Assembly: GCA_903851235.1 (NCBI GenBank)
Contig: CAINNR010000028.1
Location: 1 to 54,863, forward strand
From: an uncultured Candidatus Berkelbacteria bacterium
GTDB taxonomy: Bacteria > Patescibacteriota > UBA1384 > XYA2-FULL-43-10 > CAINNR01
Reading direction: 5' to 3'
Length of the DNA: 54,863 nucleotides
Part shown: in pieces, positions 48,122 through 54,863 of the stretch
Position numbering within the stretch: the stretch's first letter is position 1
Layout: the number at the start of each line of letters is the position of its first letter
Translations under genes and position numbers: made by a program
The notes under the pieces: model-generated
Database searches by the model: none
What the model was told of the DNA's origin: nothing
What the model saw: the letters and a program-made list of their open reading frames with translations, nothing else

Positions 48122-48905
48122 GATGGTTAAAATGAAATCATTGCATAATATTTTATCCGTTTGTTTGCTTACTATGATGGTGGGATTATTTTTGTTGTTA
48201 CCTGCATCGTTTGTCCAAGCGGCAAATATTAACGAAGTGGCGCCAGGAGAACTTTTACCGATTTCGGTTAAAATATCAAACTTTGGTGCCAGCAGTAGAG
48301 TGGACATCGTGATCAAATATTCGATTCTTAATAACGCCGGAGAAGAAATAACTTCTACCACTGAAACTGCGGCGGTAGAGACGACGGCAAGTTTTATCAA
48401 GTCGGTTCAAATTCCTTTCGCCACGGCGCCGGGAGTTTATACCGCTAAGACCTCCGTTACATATCCGGGTCACGTGGATCCTGCCACCACCCAATTTTCT
48501 TTTACCGTCGAGCGAAAAATTCTCGGAGTTTTCCAAAGTGATTTTTTTCTTTACGGCGGCATTGCGGTCATCGTCAGTATTTTTCTGGTCTTGTTCGGTC
48601 ATATTTTGGTCAAGCGTCGTCGCACCTCAAGATTCAGTCCGTGTGATTACTCAGAAATTTCCGACTGCGATCGCACCTTCTATGAAATTTTGAGCGACAC
48701 GATTATGCAAATGCGCGGACGCGTCGGTGATGATGCGCTTACCATTGCGGCAAATATCCCCGGACTTTCAATTGACAGAAAAACCGGTCGTATCCTTTCT
48801 TTAACTGAGTCGCCGGCGAAGGTTATTGCTGTTTTAGTATCGGAATATGAAAAACGGCTGGGTAAAAAAGTCAGTTTCTCATTAAGAAGAGAGAAAGTAG
48901 ATTAA
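48114..48905 (+). CDS. Hypothetical exported/membrane protein (signal peptide plus mid TM); its 3 end is duplicated downstream.
   Basis: Signal LLTMMVGLFLLLPASFVQA. TM GGIAVIVSIFLVLFGHILV. An 8-nt overlap with the upstream gene. Confidence 0.4.
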   Translation: MSRMVKMKSLHNILSVCLLTMMVGLFLLLPASFVQAANINEVAPGELLPISVKISNFGASSRVDIVIKYSILNNAGEEITSTTETAAVETTASFIKSVQIPFATAPGVYTAKTSVTYPGHVDPATTQFSFTVERKILGVFQSDFFLYGGIAVIVSIFLVLFGHILVKRRRTSRFSPCDYSEISDCDRTFYEILSDTIMQMRGRVGDDALTIAANIPGLSIDRKTGRILSLTESPAKVIAVLVSEYEKRLGKKVSFSLRREKVD

Positions 48906-49125
48906 ATTTTGACGACTTCGAAGAGGTTTATCGGGTATCACCTTTTAGACTGGTTTTATAAAACCAAAAATTGACAAGAAATAAGCTCTGTAATAATATA
49001 AAATTATAATCGATCATAAATTGGAAAAGCTGTCGAAACTCAAGCAAGTTTTTAGAGGGAGTCGGCTTATCATTTCAAACTAGGAAGAATTAGATTGATA
49101 ATCTTATTAACATAAGGAGAATGTT

Positions 49126-49548
49126 ATGGAAAAACTAGAAACCCCAAAGCCAAAGAAGAGCTCAGTGCAGAGCAAGACAATTTTGGTGGTGGAGGACGAC
49201 GAAGACCTTAACAGAGCGATTGCCGATATGCTTCGCCGAGAAAATTTCCTATCCTTTGAAGCAAAAAACGGCAAAGAAGGGGTGGAGATTGCCCTGACAA
49301 AACACCCCGACCTTATTTTGCTTGATCTTCTGATGCCAGTAATGGGCGGTCTGACCGCTCTTAAAAATATTCGTGCCGATGCTTGGGGGAAAAAAGTCCC
49401 TGTCATCATTTTGACGAATTTCAATCAGGCCGATGATCGAATAACGACAGATTATGTGACCTATCAACCGGAAGAATATTTAGTCAAATCGGAGGTGAAG
49501 CTTCGTGACGTGATTAATAAAATCAAAGATATACTAAAAGTCCAATAA
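49126..49548 (+). CDS. Single-domain response regulator (CheY-like REC), copy 1.
   Basis: KTILVVEDDEDL, DLILLDLLMPVMGG (phospho-acceptor Asp), VIILTN and the K of EYLVKS. AAGGAGA RBS. Confidence 0.75.
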   Translation: MEKLETPKPKKSSVQSKTILVVEDDEDLNRAIADMLRRENFLSFEAKNGKEGVEIALTKHPDLILLDLLMPVMGGLTALKNIRADAWGKKVPVIILTNFNQADDRITTDYVTYQPEEYLVKSEVKLRDVINKIKDILKVQ

Positions 49549-49639
49549 TGACAGAAAAAAAAGCCCAAAATAATTGCCAGCAAGCAGAAGTGATAGTTAC
49601 GCAAAGTCAAAAAGTAATTTAGCTGGTTGAGGCCAAAAA

Positions 49640-49723
49640 AGATTATTGCCGCTTGATATCAGAATATGAAAAGCGGCTGGGTAAAGAAGTTGTTTTCTCA
49701 TTTAGAAGAGAGAAAGTAAATTA
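49640..49723 (+). pseudogene. Remnant of a duplicated 3 end of gene 48114..48905.
   Basis: 49640-49723 is about 85% identical to 48822-48905 (…SEYEKRLGKEVVFSFRREKVN* versus …SEYEKRLGKKVSFSLRREKVD*). It has no start codon or upstream gene body. Confidence 0.55.
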
Positions 49724-49745
49724 AACAATAAATTGGAGGAACACA

Positions 49746-50183
49746 ATGGGAACAGAAAAAACCTCAGTATCAGAGCAGAGCTCTCCAAGCGCCGTGCGGG
49801 TGGTACGGGATAAAACAATTCTGGTGGTGGAAGACGAGAAAGATCTCCGCAAAGCAATCACCGACGTCCTTCGTCACAATAATTTCCTGCCATTGGAAGC
49901 AAGTAACGGCGAAGAGGCCATAGAGGTGGCGTTGGCAAAACACCCCGATCTTATTTTGCTTGATCTTTTAATGCCGGTGATGGGCGGAATGGCGGCTTTG
50001 AAGAAAATCCGCGCCGATGTTTGGGGAACGAATGTTCCGGTTATTATACTGACCAACTTAAGTCCAGACAAAGAACAGTTGGTGAAAGATGTGGTGACAA
50101 ATAACCCGATGGAGTATTTAGTCAAATCAGACTGGAAACTTCACGATGTTATTAAAAAAATAAAAAAGGTACTAAAAAAATAA
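49746..50183 (+). CDS. Single-domain response regulator (CheY-like REC), copy 2, a tandem paralogue.
   Basis: About 60% aa identity to copy 1 with the same motif set. GGAGGAA RBS. Confidence 0.75.
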   Translation: MGTEKTSVSEQSSPSAVRVVRDKTILVVEDEKDLRKAITDVLRHNNFLPLEASNGEEAIEVALAKHPDLILLDLLMPVMGGMAALKKIRADVWGTNVPVIILTNLSPDKEQLVKDVVTNNPMEYLVKSDWKLHDVIKKIKKVLKK

Positions 50184-50231
50184 GCTATTTTTGATCGAAA
50201 AATTCTCTTAAATAGAATAGTGACGATAAAA

Positions 50232-50762
50232 ATGGAAAACAATGGAATTCAAAAGAGTTGGCATTACATTTTATTAAAACGCTGGTAGCGGTTGTCAGAG
50301 AATCTTTCTTAATTCTCGATTCCAATCTTCGGGTGATCTCGGCCAATCCGACATTTTAGCAAAATTTTCAGGTAACGCAGGAGCAACGGAGGGAAAACTT
50401 CTTTACGATCTTGGAAATGGTCAATGGAATATTATCGAATTTAGGAGGTTGTTGAAGGAAATTTTACCTGAGAAAAAAAAAGCACAGATTATCTGGTTAA
50501 ACATGTTTTTGAAACGATCGGGGAAAAAACAATAATCTTAAATGCCAAACAGATAGATTCGGTTCAATTGATAATCCTCGCCATGGAAGACCTGACTGTC
50601 AAAAGTCAACTCGCCGATTCAGTTAAAGAATTGAAATCAGTCAGCAAGAGCATGGTTGGAAGAGAATTAAAAATGATTGAGCTGAAGAAAGAGATCGCCG
50701 ATTTGAAAGAGCAAGTCAAAAATTGTGATGGAAAAAATGGAAACGATAATCAGATAGGTTGA
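50232..50762 (+). pseudogene. Fragmented PAS-like sensor gene remnant, with an in-frame TAG at 50357-50359 and a frame change near an A9 run.
   Basis: The three pieces …KELALHFIKTLVAVVRESFLILDSNLRVISANPTF*, then (−1 frame) AKFSGNAGATEGKLLYDLGNGQWNIIEFRRLLKEIL, then a coiled-coil tail LKMIELKKEIADLKEQV lie in three different frames. Confidence 0.3.
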
Positions 50763-51017
50763 ATAATATTTTATTTTTACGGCGATAGGAAAAGTTACTC
50801 TGACAAAGCAAGCCACGAGTTTTATCTTTCAAATGCTAAAGAGAATTTCTATAAATTATATGTTGTTTCTTAGTTTGCAATCAATGCGCCTGTCTGCCGT
50901 CAGACAGGTTATGTAATTCCAGGTTTTTTTATAATTCTTAGATTGAATGAATTTTGAGTTAAAAATATATTGCAGACAATTTTTATTTCATTAAACGAAC
51001 TCATCATCAACTGTCAA

Positions 51018-52760
51018 CTAAAATTTACTGTCGGCCGGACAGGCGGGGTTATCTTTGCCAGTTAGTCTGGTGCTAATGTCAAAGTAGGCGAAAGCTTGCT
51101 CTCTGCCGTTGGTATAGGCGTAACTGCACTCCGGCAAATATGGCAGATCGGTTTTGAAATAAGTATTCAAAACTAAGCGGAAAATATTGACCGAATTTCC
51201 GGCAACGGCAAAATCGTTTTTATTCGCCGCCGGAATATTGTAGGCGGCCAAAATTCCGTATTTCATTTTTAAGTCAGTGTCGGACCATTTGGTCATGTCG
51301 CCGGTATCAAGCTCATCGCCGACTGAGGCGTAATTAAAGTTTTCGCCGTTCAATTCCATCGGGTACGGACCTTCATCGGATTGAATAATCACAACTGCTT
51401 GGTTGTTGCTGTTTTTTCTTACCTCCTGAATCAAATTTTTCATTTGGCTGTTGATAAATTCAACTTGACCGATATATTTTTCCTTTACCGGTTGACCGAG
51501 ATTGTTATCACCGGGAGTTGTTGAAAGCGAGCCGTCGGAGTTGAAATAATATGGATCGTGTGGAACCAGAATATGGGCGAAAACAAATTTTCCGCCAGCA
51601 GGCTCTGCAGCGATATTATTCAGTTGATTTAATTTATATAAAGTCGCATCACTTTCGCCGATTGAACTATATGAAAGAATTTTTAATTTCCCAATTGTAA
51701 GCCCGCGACTGACAAATTGCCAATATAGACTTCGAGTTAAATTATCTTTTGAAAAATTGTTTAAAGTAAAAGTCTGATTTAATATCGTTAATCGTCCCTC
51801 GGGTTGATAATTGTTATCAGCCAACGGCGCTTGATTACTGGCTTCATACCAAGTTCCAAGTTGGTCGTAAGTGTAGCCGAGCGATTTTAATTTTTCAATT
51901 ACCGAAGCGTAGCGAATCGAATCGTGGTAAGGTTCGGTTGTCTGCATCGATGAGCTGGAGAACTTTTTTACCATATCGGAATCATAATCGGCGTTCATTG
52001 TTGAAGCGATCGACATTGTGGTGAACGGGTAATTGGCAACGGCGTTCGGATCAATGGAGAAATTATTTGCTGATAAAAATTTGATAAAATCGGAGTTGTC
52101 ATAATTAAATTGGCTAGAAAGAACACTTTGACTGGTATAACGGTCGAGAACAATGTAGTATATATCCGGCTTGGAGTTTGTCGTTGTGGCGACAGCGGAA
52201 ATTTTTGCCGGTCGATAAAAAAATTGCGGCCATTCAACAACTATGGCGCGGGCGACTGGGTAAAGTTGCAAAATGAAGGCAACAGAGATGACAATAATAA
52301 CCGCTTTGGCAAAAACTTCGATCGGCCATTTTTTTCTTGTTGTTAGCCGATCGATCCAACGGACAAAAAGAAAAATGACTCCGATAATTACTAAAATAAA
52401 AATCAGGCTATAGATTATACTTGGGATTTTTGACGAGTTACCAAGAGGAATTATCGCTTGAAAGATCGGTTTGATTTCGGTTAACCGACTGTCAAAATCG
52501 GGACCGAAAACCAGAGTGCCGATGACGATAACTATGAGTCCGGCGAGTTTATTTTTCTTAAAACTTTTAAAAAATACCAAAGCCAAAACCAGTGAAGTAG
52601 CGAAGCAAATAATCAATGGTAGCACCAGATCGACGAGTGTTACTTGATAGCGATTTTCCGTCCAAGCAGCGAAAACCGGCAGTGTCGACAACATAAAAGC
52701 CGCCAGCATCAGTGCCAGATAACTGAAGAAATCGGATTTTACCAGTTTTTTAAAATTCAC
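51018..52760 (-). CDS. Polytopic membrane protein with a C-terminal extracytoplasmic sulfatase-like (alkaline-phosphatase superfamily) domain. It may be an LtaS / phosphoglycerol- or phosphoethanolamine-transferase family member.
   Basis: About 5 N-terminal TM helices followed by PDIYYIVLDRYTSQ (the metal-binding block of the AP superfamily). Confidence 0.5.
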   Translation of the reverse strand: MNFKKLVKSDFFSYLALMLAAFMLSTLPVFAAWTENRYQVTLVDLVLPLIICFATSLVLALVFFKSFKKNKLAGLIVIVIGTLVFGPDFDSRLTEIKPIFQAIIPLGNSSKIPSIIYSLIFILVIIGVIFLFVRWIDRLTTRKKWPIEVFAKAVIIVISVAFILQLYPVARAIVVEWPQFFYRPAKISAVATTTNSKPDIYYIVLDRYTSQSVLSSQFNYDNSDFIKFLSANNFSIDPNAVANYPFTTMSIASTMNADYDSDMVKKFSSSSMQTTEPYHDSIRYASVIEKLKSLGYTYDQLGTWYEASNQAPLADNNYQPEGRLTILNQTFTLNNFSKDNLTRSLYWQFVSRGLTIGKLKILSYSSIGESDATLYKLNQLNNIAAEPAGGKFVFAHILVPHDPYYFNSDGSLSTTPGDNNLGQPVKEKYIGQVEFINSQMKNLIQEVRKNSNNQAVVIIQSDEGPYPMELNGENFNYASVGDELDTGDMTKWSDTDLKMKYGILAAYNIPAANKNDFAVAGNSVNIFRLVLNTYFKTDLPYLPECSYAYTNGREQAFAYFDISTRLTGKDNPACPADSKF

Positions 52761-54205
52761 CGGTTTTTCCGCTCCATCAAATATAGAGTTCGTTTACTGC
52801 CTGCTATCGCAGAGGTTTTTTTGATTTTGAAATATTGTGAAAAGATTAGTTCAAACATTTTTTGGTTGTAATCGGGGAAAATATCTTGGCGATTGGCCAA
52901 AAGTCGTTTAGTGTTGGAATCGTTTTTGGGCACAAATTCAATGATTAAATATTTTGTTTGGTTGGCAAAAAGTTCGGCGATTTTATTAAGCGGTAAATTA
53001 TTGGTGATCGCCAAGTGATGGATAAAAGCCAAACAAAGTGTCAGATCAAACTTGGCGCGAACCCAAAAGGAATCTCGTTCCCTGTTTTCCCAGCCGATCG
53101 CCGGACTTGGATTGGTTAAATCCAAAATTAAGGGCAAAAGAAATTCATCAGCATCGCTTTTTGCTCGCAAGTAGGCGTGCTCGACGGCGATTGGATCAAT
53201 GTCGCTGGCAACCGTCTGGATTTTTTTCTTCGATCCGAGTCGACCGAAATGACTGTCGTTGGCTCCGGCATCCCAGAGAGTTTCCGGTTGGATTTTTGTA
53301 ATCCATGAGTCAATAATTTCTTCCTTAGTTTTAAGTCCGGCGGATGAATAATTGGTTTTGTTATAATAATCGCCCCAAGTCGTAAGTTGTTTCGGCAATT
53401 TCAAACCGCCTACAGTTGACTTCAAACTGTCAATAATCCCCAGAAGTTGATTTTTGCCGATTTTAACTTTGGCAATTCTTTCACCATCGGCTGCATGCGA
53501 TAGCTGACTTTTGGCGTGAAGAAAAATGTGGCTACCAAGTCCGAGAGAAAAACGAGCTTTGACCGGTAAAAGTTTGGCTGTTAAATCGAGCGGTAGACCA
53601 TCCAAATAAATTTGCGATAATGTTCCAAATCGCAAATCGACGCAAGTCATCAGCGCCAATGGCGCTAAAAAGTGTTGACAAAATTGGCGATAAGCAATCC
53701 ATGGCTTACTTTCCCGATACTTTTCAAATGATAACGTGTCAATTAAAATCGGTTTACTATTCACAAATTGAATGTTGTAAGCTGAGGCGTCCTTTAAACT
53801 CATACCGAATTTCATCGCCGTTGACTGAATTTCCAAAGTCAGAAGCGCAGCATCTTTTAGTTGGCTGAAACACCACTCGTACGGGTAGCTGATGAAAGAA
53901 ATTTGCTCCGGTTTGATGATTTTATAACTCTTAGGCCCGCTATTTTTATTATCAATCTCTTTGTGGTCGACGAGATATTTTTTTCCAACCAACTCGGCGA
54001 ATAATCCGGAGCTTTGGAGAAAATCATAATCTTTTTTATAGATCAAATTTATTTGGCGAAAGTATTGATTATTTTTTTTGAAAACCGTTCCACTTGGATC
54101 GCGAAAAGATGCCGCCACTGCCTTTGAATTATCACTTGTCATTTTTACCTTTGGGTTTTTTGTCACCGGAGCGCAAATTTTTGAAATAGTTGACAATTCG
54201 GCCAC
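52757..54205 (-). CDS. Putative SAM-dependent methyltransferase-like protein with a conserved N-terminal FRDPSG motif.
   Basis: C-terminal DIDPIAVE and LTLCLAFIHHL resemble methyltransferase motifs II/III. A 4-nt overlap with the downstream gene. The family assignment is tentative. Confidence 0.4.
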   Translation of the reverse strand: MAELSTISKICAPVTKNPKVKMTSDNSKAVAASFRDPSGTVFKKNNQYFRQINLIYKKDYDFLQSSGLFAELVGKKYLVDHKEIDNKNSGPKSYKIIKPEQISFISYPYEWCFSQLKDAALLTLEIQSTAMKFGMSLKDASAYNIQFVNSKPILIDTLSFEKYRESKPWIAYRQFCQHFLAPLALMTCVDLRFGTLSQIYLDGLPLDLTAKLLPVKARFSLGLGSHIFLHAKSQLSHAADGERIAKVKIGKNQLLGIIDSLKSTVGGLKLPKQLTTWGDYYNKTNYSSAGLKTKEEIIDSWITKIQPETLWDAGANDSHFGRLGSKKKIQTVASDIDPIAVEHAYLRAKSDADEFLLPLILDLTNPSPAIGWENRERDSFWVRAKFDLTLCLAFIHHLAITNNLPLNKIAELFANQTKYLIIEFVPKNDSNTKRLLANRQDIFPDYNQKMFELIFSQYFKIKKTSAIAGSKRTLYLMERKNR

Positions 54206-54398
54206 TAAAAACTTTTAGAGTATAGGTTGCGCCGAAAATAATTCCGATCGCTACCTGAATGATGTAGCTACCAGTGCCGGGATCCAAATATGCATGAGCA
54301 AGATGAAGCGGCGAGAGAACAATCGGCAGCAAAAGCCAGACACCGAAACTTAGCCACTTTGATTTCCTATTTCTTAGCAAAACAAAAAACTTGGACAT
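54132..54398 (-). CDS. Small membrane protein (2 TM) with a Lys-rich tail.
   Basis: Hydrophobic helices WLSFGVWLLLPIVL and IIQVAIGIIFGA. Overlaps the start region of the next gene. Confidence 0.35.
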   Translation of the reverse strand: MSKFFVLLRNRKSKWLSFGVWLLLPIVLSPLHLAHAYLDPGTGSYIIQVAIGIIFGATYTLKVFSGRIVNYFKNLRSGDKKPKGKNDK

Positions 54399-54576
54399 TT
54401 ATTCTATCCTTAATATTGATATTCCATCATAGCAAATTTTATTTGGTTTGACAAAATAATTGTACAACCGAAAACTGAAATTAGGCTGAATAGTTGGAAA
54501 GAATATTTTTGAAATTAAAAATCTGGTTAGGCCGTATATTCTAAAACGTGGTGCCAAAAAACCCAACGTGTTTTGG

Positions 54577-54863
54577 GGCTTAATTGCAAAAAATTGTTGC
54601 TAAAAGTAGCTGATTATCATATCCTGTAAATGATAATTAAGTATTTATCTACAAGGAATTGTAATCATGGCTAAAAAAACTGTCAGAGATGTGGTTCAAA
54701 CAAGGTTAAACAGTATGGCAAGAGTTTAGGTAAACAAAGATACACCTGCTTGGAATGTGGTAAGTTTTACCAATCAAAAAACCGCCCTGAAAAGCTGGAG
54801 CGGAAAATCTACGAAGAGTACGCCAATGATCGCAAGACATTAAAAGTTTTAGCTAGAGAATAC
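54577..54863 (+). mobile_element. Partial IS copy: inner end plus the 5 part of an IS1/IS1595-like transposase gene (ATG at 54667) that continues beyond the window. A +1 frame change is needed at the A7 run (54673-54679).
   Basis: Inverted-repeat partner of 1..140. Translation gives MAKK(T/N)CQRCGSNKVKQYGKSLGKQRYTCLECGKFYQSKNRPEKLERKIYEEYANDRKTLKVLAREY, a zinc ribbon plus HTH N-terminus typical of InsA/ISXO2-like transposases. Confidence 0.6.

Noticed and set aside
50357-50359. The in-frame TAG in the PAS-like frame could indicate stop-codon reassignment.
   Set aside because: TAG, TAA and TGA all terminate well-supported genes in this window (e.g. LepA ends in TGA). The locus also has a frame change and no start codon. 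A pseudogene is more parsimonious.
1-54863. CRISPR arrays, integrase or recombinase genes, and toxin-antitoxin pairs.
   Set aside because: No regularly spaced direct repeats were found. No tyrosine or serine recombinase motifs are adjacent to the tRNA-flanked island. No small adjacent gene pairs with TA-like features were recognised.

Overview
This is a 54.9 kb window of AT-rich bacterial DNA (about 40% GC). Gene content and style look CPR/Patescibacteria-like: a membrane-anchored ClpC-like ATPase, many large fibronectin-type-III, CAP-domain and repeat-rich surface proteins, few biosynthetic genes, and no sign of UGA recoding (LepA ends in TGA). Housekeeping genes include FtsH, MurJ, LepA, endonuclease IV, FtsB-like, an L,D-transpeptidase and a 3-truncated P-type ATPase. 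Transporters include a MacB-type ABC pair, an ABC-2 exporter, a TauBC-like ABC pair, an MFS pump and a ZIP transporter with a divergent CsoR-like regulator. There are five tRNAs: Asn-GTT, Ile-TAT, two CAT, Lys-TTT. The ~140-bp window ends are near-perfect inverted copies of the 5 end of an IS1/IS1595-like transposase gene with the same A7 frameshift in both copies, and the left copy truncates the P-type ATPase. Two segments are anomalously GC-rich (57-60%). One is a single histidine-phosphatase gene at 5.3-6.1 kb. The other is a 38.6-42.5 kb island next to tRNA-Lys that encodes a 981-aa Major Vault Protein homologue (shoulder and cap-helix regions recognisable) and a stand-alone receiver-domain protein. 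Downstream of that island, four consecutive + strand genes (REC, a hypothetical, a DUF3494 ice-binding-like LPXTG protein, a 1033-aa beta-propeller-repeat surface protein) are each preceded by copies of a shared ~60-75 nt intergenic sequence module. Other notable items are a truncated stand-alone [FeFe]-hydrogenase H-domain homologue lacking the proton-relay cysteine, a tandem duplication of a CheY-like REC gene carrying a remnant of the upstream gene, a frameshifted PAS-like gene remnant, and a structured ~480-nt intergenic region upstream of a surface-protein gene.
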